Below, one piece after another: positions 1 through 11,400 of a DNA stretch of 64,000 bases. The DNA is taken from the IMG/VR virus record IMGVR_UViG_3300034073_000569, positions 32,001 to 96,000 of that record; one strand, written 5' to 3'. Origin of the DNA: a virus. Positions within the stretch are counted from its first letter, which is position 1. The number at the start of each line of letters is the position of its first letter. Under the pieces are notes generated by a model. That model was not told where the DNA came from. It saw only the letters and a list, made by a program, of their open reading frames with translations, and did not search any database. A program made the position numbers and the translations under genes.

Positions 1-76
1 ATAGGATAATTACCTGCAGATATACCTGCAGGAAAATATGTATTGCCGTATGAGTCAGTACTAAACAAAGCTTATA

Positions 77-2641
77 TTATTTATTCTGTATTAATAAGTC
101 TAATTTATTCTTAAGATCTTCTATCTGAGCTTGTTGTTCCTTTATGGCTTCTACTAATACTGCTGATACACCATTGTAGTTCATTGCATATCCTTTTTCT
201 TCATCATATCTAATGAGTTCTGGAATTACAGGTAGCACTTCTTGAGCAATAAATCCTAATTCAAGTCCTTTGTTTTTAGTTCCATCCTCTCCTTTATCTA
301 TATATTCATATGAAACACCTCTTAACGCTTTTACTTTGTCTAATGAACTTGTTAATGGTTTAATGTCTTTTTTCATACGAGCATCAGAAGCATTATATAA
401 TCCAACAGTATATAAACCATAAATAAGATATAAGGTATATCCGGCTACAGGAGAGTCACTTCCAATTGCATAAGACGCTGTACTGTTACCGTAATAGAAT
501 GCCCATTTACCAATACTTTGTCCATAAAGACCAAAATTTCCACTTTGTGACATAAAAAAAGTACGATAACCAGAGTTATCATGTATTCCATATCCGCTCC
601 AATTGTTTTGCCCAGTTCCATAAGTATGCACATTACCATATGAACCATATGTATCAGCAGATGTTAAACCCCTTCCACCACTACCAAAATAAGCATGATT
701 TGTATTTAACGTACCTATTGAAATATCTCCATTACCATCTCTTAGCACAATTTGATTTCCTGCATTACCTGATGTAGCATTTATAGTTGCAGAGTTTGCT
801 TGTCCTGATATAGAAGCCGCTTGTCCTGATATATTAAAATGACCAGTACCGCTTGTAAATCTAGCTGACCATCCAATACCTTCTCTATGAAATCCAAACT
901 CTGTTTCATTCATCATTAGAGTCATGCCATTACCACCTCCAAAATGAATACCAGTCCATCCATTTTTTGAGCCTTCTACTCTCCAAACTCCATAAGATAA
1001 GTTCTGAGGATAAAAATGAGCATTATTTACAGAAGGACAGTATAGTCCATGTGTACCTGTTAACTGCAACCATGTAGCTACTTGATAATAAGAATTACCA
1101 TTTTTACCAGGAAAATTATCATAGTGATAACCATCTACAGTATCTGCGTTACTTGCTGAAGAAGCAGAACCTGCAGAGTTTGCGTAAGCTACTTGTACAC
1201 CAGATCCATGATTTGTTGTTAACTGCCAGTAAGACCCTGTCCAGTTATTCACAATATAATAATCATTAGGGTGTGAGGTAGCCCACAGTTTAAAAGCTCC
1301 ATCAGCTTTACCACTAATATTAGTCTGGTCTCCCGTATTTGTACCAGAAGATGATCCACTAAAGTTTGCAGCATTCCAATTACCACTATCATCACACCAA
1401 GCTCCCCATGAGCCTGCTTGTGTTAAGAAACCAATACGGTTAGAGTTACAATGAATTTCACGCTGTCCTTCATCACTATCAGACATATAAATGGAACTAG
1501 ATGAACCAGCTCCAGTTACTGTAAGGTATCCGCCAACATTTAAACTACCTGGTGTACTTGTGTTACCAGATCCATCTAATAATGTAAGAGTTCTTGTAAG
1601 AGAACTAAATACACCCGTATACTGTCTAACATATATAGGTTCTGTTCCGTCATCAGCTGTTGCAATTTCAGCAAAACCAGCATTAGATGCTCCTCCTACT
1701 CTAATTCTAAAAAAATCATTATCTCCTATAGTTGCATATACGAGATTTGCCTCTGAACCACCGGCAACTGTTTGACTAATTGCTGCAGCTGTACCAGATG
1801 ATGTTATATATCCACTAGGGTTAGTTGAATTATATGGTGTATATCCAAGAGCCGTTGTTACATTAGCTGATGTAATACCGGTAATATACCCAGATGGGTT
1901 AGTAGAGTTGTACGGAGTATAACCAAGTGCAGTAGTAACCATATTACTTGTAATACCAGTAATGTATCCACTAGGATTAGTAGCATTGTAAGGTGTAAAC
2001 CCTAAAGCTGTTGTTACTTGGCTAGATGTAATACCTGTTAGGTAAGTATTACCATCAACAGATCCGTCTGCTTTAAGGAACTGAGCTGCTGTACCGCCAC
2101 TCTTTATAAAAGAAGCTGCGGTTAGGTTATTAGTAAACTCAGCATTACCAGTAGTATAAATCTTAAATCTTCCTGCTGAGTTAGTAACGTCATATACTGT
2201 AAAGGTACCGTCCGTGTTACTGATAAAGTAATCAGGGTTGTTGTCTGTATCTGTAAAGTAAAGACGCGGATTAACACCAGATAAAGTCAGATCTCCTGTT
2301 AGGGTACCTCCTGTTAAAGCAAGCTTTCCTCCTATAGAAGTAGCAACTGTTGTAGCAAAGTTAGGATCATCTCCCAGGGCTGCTGCCAGTTCATTAAGGG
2401 TATCTAACGTACTCGGAGCTGCATCTACCAGAGCTGCTATAGCTGACGTTACAGAAGCAGAAGTAGCATAAGACAGGCCAGATACATATGTACGCACCCA
2501 TGCTGTAGTAGGTACTTTAGAATTATTATCTCCTGTTCCCGGAGCTATACTCAAAGTAAGACTTGCTGGTAGAACAACGTGTCCATCAGCATCATACTGA
2601 AATACATTAAGTATATGGGAGGTCTTCCTTTGTTTGTTCAT
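77..2641 (-). CDS. Tail fibre / receptor-binding protein with C-terminal intramolecular chaperone (peptidase S74-like)
   Basis: 854 aa, Gly/Ser/Thr-rich; APSTLDTLNELAAALGDDPNFATT fibre motif; C-terminal SDARMKKDI...GFIAQEV...VEAIKEQQAQIEDL chaperone signature. Confidence 0.85.
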   Translation of the reverse strand: MNKQRKTSHILNVFQYDADGHVVLPASLTLSIAPGTGDNNSKVPTTAWVRTYVSGLSYATSASVTSAIAALVDAAPSTLDTLNELAAALGDDPNFATTVATSIGGKLALTGGTLTGDLTLSGVNPRLYFTDTDNNPDYFISNTDGTFTVYDVTNSAGRFKIYTTGNAEFTNNLTAASFIKSGGTAAQFLKADGSVDGNTYLTGITSSQVTTALGFTPYNATNPSGYITGITSNMVTTALGYTPYNSTNPSGYITGITSANVTTALGYTPYNSTNPSGYITSSGTAAAISQTVAGGSEANLVYATIGDNDFFRIRVGGASNAGFAEIATADDGTEPIYVRQYTGVFSSLTRTLTLLDGSGNTSTPGSLNVGGYLTVTGAGSSSSIYMSDSDEGQREIHCNSNRIGFLTQAGSWGAWCDDSGNWNAANFSGSSSGTNTGDQTNISGKADGAFKLWATSHPNDYYIVNNWTGSYWQLTTNHGSGVQVAYANSAGSASSASNADTVDGYHYDNFPGKNGNSYYQVATWLQLTGTHGLYCPSVNNAHFYPQNLSYGVWRVEGSKNGWTGIHFGGGNGMTLMMNETEFGFHREGIGWSARFTSGTGHFNISGQAASISGQANSATINATSGNAGNQIVLRDGNGDISIGTLNTNHAYFGSGGRGLTSADTYGSYGNVHTYGTGQNNWSGYGIHDNSGYRTFFMSQSGNFGLYGQSIGKWAFYYGNSTASYAIGSDSPVAGYTLYLIYGLYTVGLYNASDARMKKDIKPLTSSLDKVKALRGVSYEYIDKGEDGTKNKGLELGFIAQEVLPVIPELIRYDEEKGYAMNYNGVSAVLVEAIKEQQAQIEDLKNKLDLLIQNK
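1803..2040 (-). repeat. Three tandem 26-aa (78-bp) coding repeats GITSxxVTTALG(F/Y)TPYNxTNPSGYIT
   Basis: Visible in the translation; DNA copies differ at synonymous sites. Confidence 0.9.
2330..2371. repeat. 42-bp exact direct repeat, copy 1 (copy 2 at 10671-10712)
   Basis: tcctatagaagtagcaactgttgtagcaaagttaggatcatc is identical in two fibre genes. Confidence 0.9.
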
Positions 2642-2669
2642 TATCTTTAATTATTATTATTCTATTTTT

Positions 2670-4661
2670 TTAATATGTAGCATATGTTGAATTTATAGAT
2701 ACACTACTATCAGGAACAACAATTGCACTACCATCAGCATTTAACATATGATTTACTCTATAACCAATCCACATTCCGTTTACTTCTGGATTACTTGTAT
2801 AACCTATTGCAATATATCTTCCACCAGCATAGTTTAAATCTACAATATTCATATCACAACCTCCACCTTTATACATACCTGTGATACCAGCAGATCCATT
2901 TGTTGATGAGTAATTTTTCATAATCCAAAAAGAAGACATGTTCCAACATGTATAAGAAGCTGCATTCATATGACCGCTAAGAGAAAATCCAGCTGCATCA
3001 TTTAGATTACAAACAAGCAAATAGTTTCTACTATAAGCAGTATTAAGGTTAGGAGAAAGATTACCTATATATGAGTTACCACTAAATACCCTTGTATTGT
3101 GTTTTATATATCCGTAGAATACAGATGACTGATCTCCTCTAAAATCAACAACATTTACAGGAGCTGCGTTTCCACTTCCACCACCATAAGCTCTAATTCT
3201 TAATGTATTAGTAACTGCGGCTCCAGCTGTTACAGTTGCATCTATACCAATCCATCTATTTATTGAACTAGTTCCACTCTGTAAATCTCCAAAATATCCA
3301 TACTTTATTAAGTTTTCAAAATTTCCATCAACACCAGATGTTGTACAGTATTTAGCTATTTCTCCTTGTACAGATAGCGTAGATGCTGGATTTGTAGTAC
3401 CAACACCAGCATTGCCATAATAAGCATTTAAGTAAGAGTTGCCATTACCAGCTAAGTGTACGTTTGTAGTTCCAGTTGCATATCTTAGTTGAATAAATGC
3501 TCCTACCCCAGAACCACCACCTATTAATACTATATCACCTCCACCTTGAGCACCAACACCTAAATAACTAGCTACCGATAAATTATAAGTAGGACTTGTA
3601 GTACCAATACCTACATTTCCCCCGCTAGCATTAATTATTAAATTGCCATTATTAGGAACTCTTATCATTCCAGCCGTAGCAGAACTTCCGTTTGCATAAT
3701 ATCCTAAAATAACCCCTCTTTTAGCTGAAGTACCTATTTGGTCTACGTGTTCAGAAACGGTAATTTCTCCACTTGTATAAGTTCCATCTCCAAGAACTGA
3801 AAGCCTAGCTCCCGGAGTAGTAGTTCCGATTCCAACGTTACCAGCATTAGTAATTACTAACCTGTCGGCAGTCCCTAAAAGTTCTGGTCCAATTTTAAAT
3901 GTATCTGAATCACTATTATCAATTCCTACATACCAGCTAGCACCAGGTACTCTATATTCAGTAACTGAATCCCCAGTTCCAACGTTTTCAAATTTTATAA
4001 TAGGAGTTGTAGTAGAAGTATTTGCGTAAACTTGAAATAGTCTATTTGTAGGAGTAGTTCCGATTGCTACTGCAGCGTTAAAAGTAGTATCTCCCGAAAA
4101 TATAGTAGCACCAGTAGAAGCTATTGTAAGTCTTGTACTTGTAATACCATTATCTCCATATTGTATTGTTAAATCTCCACCACTGTTTCTAAATCTATAA
4201 TCACCATATCCATCTGCACCCCAAGTTGTATTAGTACCACGCATTAATTCAATATCAGCTATTGGAGTGGTATTTGTAGATGCTTGTACTCTTAATAAAG
4301 CATTACCACTTTCTACAATAAATAAATCACCACTAAACGTAGCACTTGTACCACTTAAAGACCCAGTTAACGTACCTCCACTAAGAGCTAGTTTAGTTGC
4401 AATACTATTAGTTACAGTGGTTGAGAAGTTAGCATCATTACCTAATGCAGCAGCAAGCTCATTTAGAGTATCTAATGCCCCAGGAGCTGCGTTAACCAAG
4501 TTACTTATCTGTGTAGTAACATAGGACTGTGTAGCATAGGTTGCTCCACCACTAGTTAATAAACTACCAGTCACAGTAAGATTAGCTGGTAATACAATAT
4601 TACCACTAGCATCATAACTGATGAGATTTCTTAAAAAGCCTGTATCTTTCGTATTACCCAT
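2670..4661 (-). CDS. Tail fibre protein
   Basis: 663 aa; APGALDTLNELAAALGND motif, repeated GNVGIGTT motifs, distinct C-terminal tip. Confidence 0.8.
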   Translation of the reverse strand: MGNTKDTGFLRNLISYDASGNIVLPANLTVTGSLLTSGGATYATQSYVTTQISNLVNAAPGALDTLNELAAALGNDANFSTTVTNSIATKLALSGGTLTGSLSGTSATFSGDLFIVESGNALLRVQASTNTTPIADIELMRGTNTTWGADGYGDYRFRNSGGDLTIQYGDNGITSTRLTIASTGATIFSGDTTFNAAVAIGTTPTNRLFQVYANTSTTTPIIKFENVGTGDSVTEYRVPGASWYVGIDNSDSDTFKIGPELLGTADRLVITNAGNVGIGTTTPGARLSVLGDGTYTSGEITVSEHVDQIGTSAKRGVILGYYANGSSATAGMIRVPNNGNLIINASGGNVGIGTTSPTYNLSVASYLGVGAQGGGDIVLIGGGSGVGAFIQLRYATGTTNVHLAGNGNSYLNAYYGNAGVGTTNPASTLSVQGEIAKYCTTSGVDGNFENLIKYGYFGDLQSGTSSINRWIGIDATVTAGAAVTNTLRIRAYGGGSGNAAPVNVVDFRGDQSSVFYGYIKHNTRVFSGNSYIGNLSPNLNTAYSRNYLLVCNLNDAAGFSLSGHMNAASYTCWNMSSFWIMKNYSSTNGSAGITGMYKGGGCDMNIVDLNYAGGRYIAIGYTSNPEVNGMWIGYRVNHMLNADGSAIVVPDSSVSINSTYATY

Positions 4662-4696
4662 AATTAGTTATTTTCTACTATCCAAGTTCCGTTTAT

Positions 4697-5056
4697 TTAT
4701 TTATTACTATTAGGTTTTGGATATTTAGCTTTTATTTCTTGACACTTACTAATATAAGCATCTATTTGAGCTTGATTCCCTTTTACAACACCATCAATGT
4801 ATTCTGTAATAGGAGGATACTCAAATTTACGTCTTCTCTGATAATTAGTAGCGTTATACTCTGAAATCAACTCACTTCTTTTTTCTTCAATATCAGCTGG
4901 TAAATCTCCAAAAGGAGTACCATCTAAATTTAAAAGAACATTGTTAACTAAAGCTGCTTTAATTCCGTACTTCTCATTTAGTACAGTTAAGTCATCAATA
5001 TAATCTACATCTAATATTTGATTTTTCTCTATCATGTTGTATATTTTTAAATCCAA
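4697..5056 (-). CDS. Tail-fibre-associated small protein (putative assembly chaperone)
   Basis: 119 aa directly after a fibre gene; YQRRRxxEYP...IKAKYPKP motif typical of small fibre-adjacent phage proteins. Confidence 0.55.
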   Translation of the reverse strand: MDLKIYNMIEKNQILDVDYIDDLTVLNEKYGIKAALVNNVLLNLDGTPFGDLPADIEEKRSELISEYNATNYQRRRKFEYPPITEYIDGVVKGNQAQIDAYISKCQEIKAKYPKPNSNK

Positions 5057-7374
5057 TACCCTTGAATATATAATGCAAAATAGTGTGTGCCTCCTGAATA
5101 ACCAGATCCTAAATTACAATAAATAGTACCGTTAGCATTTACGTTTATAATACCATTGTGCCAACTACCATAATAATGTGGTCCACCTGATGAACCTGTT
5201 TCAATAGAAGCATCTCCATCATGTTCCATTACAAATGATCCATAGTCAGCTCTGGTAAACGTGTTACTATCATATGGATAGCCACCATTTGTACCTGCCC
5301 AAGGATAAGGAGTTTGATCATTACTAATACCAAACCAAGCCGTAGCATGATCACCTTGACCTTGAGCAGCACCATAGTTTCTAACATGATACCATCCTAC
5401 TACTGAAATGGCTTTTACTCCAGAAGGTAATCCAAGACCAGTTGTTGATATAGTAGTTTGAGTGTTACCGGTGATAGATGTATTCCATCCTATACAAGAT
5501 GTTAATTGAACAAAGGTTAATCCTTTATAGTTTTGACCATGTCTTACATCAAAACCAAAATACACAGTACCATCTTGCTTTATATTCATGGCGTTACCTC
5601 CCCATCCTGGTATTCCTCCACCTGTTAAACCTTTTCTAGCAAAGCCAAAGCCATTTGGGAAGTTACCATCTGTAGAAGTGATTCTACCAGTAAACCACAT
5701 ACCATCAGCTTGACTATCTGCTGCAATTGGATAATATATACCAGCATAACCATTGGCAGTTGAAGGATTTATATAAATACCTTCACTCCAAGAATTACCT
5801 CCTGATGTAAAAGATGCTACTGGAGTTGTACCACTACCTCCAACTACATCTAAACGGTGTGTAGGATCATTTGTACCAAATCCTACATTAGAAAGAAAAT
5901 AAGAAGATGTTCCAGCATAACCTGATAGTCTTGTAACAATATTATCAGCTCCAGTTCTTAATTCTAAATATCCATCTGCTCCAGATTGATACACTCTAAA
6001 TAATTTTGCAGAGCCTCCACTATATCTACCTACAAATAAATCATTACCATCAGCAGCTGCTTTAACTTCAGAATATGAGCTAAAAATACTACCATAAGTT
6101 GTCGCACTACCATTTTTAGTCATAGCAAATGAACTAGATGGTGATGATAGTCCTGATGAAATATAACCACTTAAAGGTGACCATTGTAATCCATTATGAC
6201 CATATGACTCACAATATACTGCTATAGATTGTTCACCGCCTACCCAAAACCCACTCACATAACCTTCAAGATAAGTATAATCACTATCTGTTGTAACTCT
6301 ATAACTACTAAAAGGTGTACTTAAATAGCTTTCAACTTTACTAACATGTATTGTGTTAACCCAATCTTTATATCCAAATATAACATCTTGAGCTGGACTT
6401 AAGTAATTACCTGTTGCTGCTATAGTAATTTTAAAAGCACCTCTTGGTCCATAACCACCAGCATTTTGATTACTTCTTGCTAATTTATACCAACCAGTAT
6501 AAGTAGTACTACCTTGAAAAGAAGGTCCGCCAGAGTTAATTTGAGCATAGTCGCCACCATTTCTTCCATCTAATAAATCAGCATCTAAACCACTTCCACT
6601 ACCATCATTATTATCTCTCCAAATAGTACCACCTGCATATGTTAAAGTATTAGTATCTATAACAAGATTATTTCCACCACTTCTGCCTATTGATATTGCA
6701 CCACCATATGAAACCATATATAATGGCCTACCTCCTGATTCTATTCTACAATTTGATCCATCCCAAAGACCAATTGTCATTCCATTACTACCACCATCGT
6801 TAATAGCTATTCTTGCTCCTGAATACGTTAATGTTAACTGACCAGTAAGAGTACCACCAGTTAATGGTAAAGCATAAGAACCAATATTAGCTTCAGTTAA
6901 TACAATCTTATACGCAGAACCATTATATAGAGCCAATGAACCGATTCCAATTGTAGCATCTGATGTTATAGCTGTAGCATAAATTCTTAACTGATTTGCT
7001 GGTTGATTATAGTATATTCTAGCTGAGCCAGAAGATGCTGCTCCATGATATAATGCTAAATCTACACTATCAGTATTTAATAAATTAAGTCTACCAGTAA
7101 GACTACCCCCAGATAAAGCTAACTTAGATGCTATACTATTTGTAACTGTAGTAGCAAATGAAGCATCATTATTAAGAGCAGTAGATAACTCAGCTAGAGT
7201 ATCCAGAGCAGTCGGTGCTGCATTGACTAGATTAGATATAGCAGTATTTACATATGTTTGAGTAGCTGCTTGTGCACCACCAGGCATAATAAGATTACCG
7301 GTCATGACAATATCACCACTTCCATTAACGGAAATGTAGTTTATTAACTCAGCTATCTGTGTATTTTTTCCCAT
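5047..7374 (-). CDS. Tail fibre protein
   Basis: 775 aa; APTALDTLAELSTALNND motif, GSGSGLDADLLDG motif, WYKLA domain. Confidence 0.8.
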   Translation of the reverse strand: MGKNTQIAELINYISVNGSGDIVMTGNLIMPGGAQAATQTYVNTAISNLVNAAPTALDTLAELSTALNNDASFATTVTNSIASKLALSGGSLTGRLNLLNTDSVDLALYHGAASSGSARIYYNQPANQLRIYATAITSDATIGIGSLALYNGSAYKIVLTEANIGSYALPLTGGTLTGQLTLTYSGARIAINDGGSNGMTIGLWDGSNCRIESGGRPLYMVSYGGAISIGRSGGNNLVIDTNTLTYAGGTIWRDNNDGSGSGLDADLLDGRNGGDYAQINSGGPSFQGSTTYTGWYKLARSNQNAGGYGPRGAFKITIAATGNYLSPAQDVIFGYKDWVNTIHVSKVESYLSTPFSSYRVTTDSDYTYLEGYVSGFWVGGEQSIAVYCESYGHNGLQWSPLSGYISSGLSSPSSSFAMTKNGSATTYGSIFSSYSEVKAAADGNDLFVGRYSGGSAKLFRVYQSGADGYLELRTGADNIVTRLSGYAGTSSYFLSNVGFGTNDPTHRLDVVGGSGTTPVASFTSGGNSWSEGIYINPSTANGYAGIYYPIAADSQADGMWFTGRITSTDGNFPNGFGFARKGLTGGGIPGWGGNAMNIKQDGTVYFGFDVRHGQNYKGLTFVQLTSCIGWNTSITGNTQTTISTTGLGLPSGVKAISVVGWYHVRNYGAAQGQGDHATAWFGISNDQTPYPWAGTNGGYPYDSNTFTRADYGSFVMEHDGDASIETGSSGGPHYYGSWHNGIINVNANGTIYCNLGSGYSGGTHYFALYIQGYWI

Positions 7375-7400
7375 TTGCTATATTAATCTTAATGTTTTAT

Positions 7401-7763
7401 TTACGGTACTACAATATCAAGACTACCATTCCAAGGATCTGGAGACTCTTGATTAGACCAAGCTCTAACTGCATTTATAAAGTTACTCATCTTTAATAAC
7501 TCTTGCTCATTTCCTTCTCTTAATACATTAGACTGTTTCCAAGACGGGTAGTACTTATAGATATGTTCTTGTGCAAAGTTATTAATTTCAGACTGTTCCC
7601 ATATAATATAAAGCTCTTCATCTGTTTTTGTATGAACTAATACCGGAGGATCTTGTGTAAAGTCATACACCTGTTTAAGTTTTAAGAAGTCTTCTTTACA
7701 AGAAATTCCCTTGTTTTCTTTTGGTCCATCCCAAACACAGTTTCCGTATTCTATAATTTTCAT
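7401..7763 (-). CDS. Hypothetical protein, possibly a fibre assembly factor
   Basis: 120 aa ORF inside the fibre cluster. Confidence 0.5.
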   Translation of the reverse strand: MKIIEYGNCVWDGPKENKGISCKEDFLKLKQVYDFTQDPPVLVHTKTDEELYIIWEQSEINNFAQEHIYKYYPSWKQSNVLREGNEQELLKMSNFINAVRAWSNQESPDPWNGSLDIVVP

Positions 7764-7774
7764 ATCTATATGTT

Positions 7775-8488
7775 TTAAACTCCTGATGTACCTAATTTAC
7801 CATGAAGAATATATACCATATCTACAATTCTTACTCTGCTACGTGCATCAGTATCACCTCCCCAATTTATTATACGTAATGTATCTGAACTACCAAAAAG
7901 TCCAGGTGAATAGTTTGCTAAACAATACCATCCACCATATGATCCACCACCATAATATTGCCCACTTATTTTTAAATTTGCAAAACTATTTAAACTATTA
8001 TTGCCATCTAATGTTCTTGGCTCAGTATAATTAGGAGTTGGAGCACCAGTTCTTATGTACGCATGATATGCACCAGCTTGATTATGTAACATAGCAATAT
8101 GAGCATATGAATAATCTTCACCAGGATGTGGACTATCACCAACACCTATTTGTGCCCATAGGGAAACTCTACCTATATCACTAATGGCCGTACCGTTACC
8201 TGTTCTTCTTCCATAATTTGAATCATGAACTTTATTATACCAACTATCATGATGTGGAAACATTGGTAAACTTATATCAACATAAGCATTTCCCCCTGAA
8301 GCTGCTCCAGGAGCATAATCATCTGATGAATCAAATAAAGCAGTATGAGCTGTTGAATCATTATACCTTGGATTTATAGTAATAGTACCAATATTAGTTG
8401 CACTATGTTGTACAATAGGTATTGGTATTTGCATAAAACCATGAGGTAAACCTGATGCAGTTAATACGGCTGATGTTCTTATTGGCAT
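7775..8488 (-). CDS. Hypothetical virion or receptor-binding protein
   Basis: 237 aa, Gly/aromatic-rich, coupled to the end of the 1204-aa fibre gene. Confidence 0.5.
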   Translation of the reverse strand: MPIRTSAVLTASGLPHGFMQIPIPIVQHSATNIGTITINPRYNDSTAHTALFDSSDDYAPGAASGGNAYVDISLPMFPHHDSWYNKVHDSNYGRRTGNGTAISDIGRVSLWAQIGVGDSPHPGEDYSYAHIAMLHNQAGAYHAYIRTGAPTPNYTEPRTLDGNNSLNSFANLKISGQYYGGGSYGGWYCLANYSPGLFGSSDTLRIINWGGDTDARSRVRIVDMVYILHGKLGTSGV

Positions 8489-8489
8489 G

Positions 8490-11400
8490 TTATATAATTT
8501 CTTCTAGTTTAATTTTAAATTTCTTTCCACTTCTGTTATTTAACATAAAGATTTCAGTCTCACCTTCTTGTAATGTCCAGTCCCCCCATGTACCATCAAC
8601 ATCGTTTTGCTTACCTTTATTAGACAAATGTAAGTCAGTTGTGTAAACATTGGCCCATCTAGCTGTAGTTGAGCCTAGATTCATTGATGCATCTACACCT
8701 GGTAAAAGATTACCACTAGCATCCCAATATCCTTTATATCCACTACTTCCTTCAAAATAATGTATTCCAGGAACTCTCCAATAAGTATCATTAACATAGT
8801 AAGCTAAATACTTGTAATCTGTATAATCGTGAAAATATAAGTATGAGGCTCCAGTGCCTCCAGTAGTTAATCTTATATTACCAATTACATCTAATTTATA
8901 TGATGGAACTCCTGTACCAATACCAACATTTCCATTTGTATTTATAAATAATTTATCAACATCATTAGTAAAAAAAGCAAGATTATGATTACTCCTAGTT
9001 CCAAAACTAGCCCCACCATCACCTAAATACGCTGCTAAATATGTGGCATTAGATGCTCCACCATTTATACCAAAAGCATAACCATTTGCAGCATTAATTA
9101 TTTGCAGTTTATATCCTGGTGTAGTAGTTCCAATGCCTACGTTGCCAGCTGCGGTTATCGTTAAAGCAGGAGATGCAGTAAATGAATTTCCAATAGTTAA
9201 TCCAGTATTAGAATAAAAAACGTGAGTCCCTACTGTTTGTTGATATATAGATGAAGTAGTTGCAGTTGCAATACTTGCTGTACCATTAAAATATGAACCG
9301 CTGCTAATTAAATTATTATTACCATTATTACTTGTGCTTGTTCCAGCAAATTGTAAACCCCCAATGTTAGCTACAGTACCATTTTTTGCAGCTACTAATA
9401 AGTTAGGTGAACTTGAAGAACTTGCACCACTTCCAACAATTACGCTACCGCTAAACGTAGCACTTGTACCATTCAAAGCTCCTGTAAGTGTGCCACCACT
9501 TAAAGGTAAATAAGTAGAAGCTGCACTAGATGTAGTTAAGTATGTACTATTATCATAACTTACTGTAGTACCACTTACTTTTACAAAGCCTGTACCATTA
9601 AGTTGTGCTTGTCCTGTAAATGCACCTACAGAGTATGCATATGCAACTACTTCAATAATATCATTAAGAGCAGCTCCACTAGATAACACTATACTTGTGC
9701 CATTGCTAGCTGTATATTCAGAAGAAGCTAACTTAGATCCATTGTAAAATATATCTACTAAACCAGGAGTGTAACTAACTGTAAATGAAGTCTGTCCAGC
9801 AGTAGCTGTAAAGTAACTTACTTGTCTTAGTGCACTACTAGCTGTAAATGCTGATGTATATTTAATTACATCTACAATGTTACCAGCACCAGTTCCTGTA
9901 GCTAATACTACTGTAGAACCGTCAGTTGCTGTAAAGTCAGCAGAAGTTAATCTAACACCGTTAATAAAGACATCTACTAAACCAACCACATACCCACCTG
10001 TTACAGTGAAAGTAGTTTGAGAAGCTGTAGCTGTATATGTTTGAATAGTTCTAGCAGAAGGATTAACACCAACTGTCCATGAACGATCTGTTGTTAAGTC
10101 GTATGCTGTTCCATTGATAGTCAATGTTCTAGCATTAGTTACAGGAGTATAACCAAGAGCAGTTGTAACATCACTTGATGTAAGAGTAATATCTCCTGTA
10201 CGTGTGTTAAATGATGTAAGACCTGCAGCTATTGACCATGTTCTATTTGCACTTAAATCATAAGTTGTACCGTTGATTGTTAATGTACGAGCATTAGTAA
10301 CTGGAGTGTAAGTTAATGCTGTAGTTACATCTGTATCAGATAATGTAATAGCACCTGTTCTAGTATTAAAACTAGTAACACCACCTTGATATTGAGGTAT
10401 GTTAAGTACACCTGTTACACTATCATATGTAGCTGCACCAGATGTACCAGTAGTTGTTAAACTAATTGATAGTCTAGCTCTAGCATCAGTATAATATAGG
10501 TTACCAGATTCAGTAACCTGTGCAGTGGTATAGTCTCCAGAAGCAGGAGTAATTGCCCCAGTTCTTGTATTGAAAGATGTTACACCTGCTGCAATATTCC
10601 ATGTTCTATCAGCTGATAAATCATAGGATGTACCATTGATAGTTATGGTCCTAGTTAAAGGAACTTTTGTTCCTATAGAAGTAGCAACTGTTGTAGCAAA
10701 GTTAGGATCATCACCTAATGCTGCTGCTAATTCATTTAATGTATCTAAAGTTGTAGGAGCACTATCTACTAAATTAGAAATAGCTGTGCTAACATAAGAC
10801 TGTGTAGCATAGTTATTAGTAGTTAGATAGGTGTTTACTCTAGCATCAGTATAGTAAAGATTAGTTCCCTCTACAATATTTGTAGTTGATGCAGCAATCT
10901 TAGTCCATAAACCAGTTGATGCTACATATTTAATCATATCACCATCTGATGCGTTAGCTACAGATAGATTATGAAGTTCGTCTAGTTCAAAACCATTTTG
11001 TACTTTAACAAAAATCTCACCGTTATTTGATTGTACACGTGTAACAACACCAATAAATACTAAATGAGCTGGTGCTGTAGGTTTATTAGCTAAACCAAAG
11101 ATTAAACCACCATTAGTACCTAACCAAACTGGATCACCTGCCGTAGCAGTAGATGTATCTAAGCCTGCAAGTAAACCTTCTGTTACAACAAACACTTCAT
11201 CATTTGTAACACCGTCAGTCTTAAGAAGACCTAGTGTTTTAGAAGATGTTGCTTCTGAACTATTAGAAGCTTTAGATACAATCATATTTGTACCTGAATC
11301 TCCTGTAGATCCAGATACATAAACGGCAGTACCTGCAGTCATTGTGGCACTAAGTTTTACATAATGCTGTACTTGACTTGTGTAGTTATCTATCCAAGTA

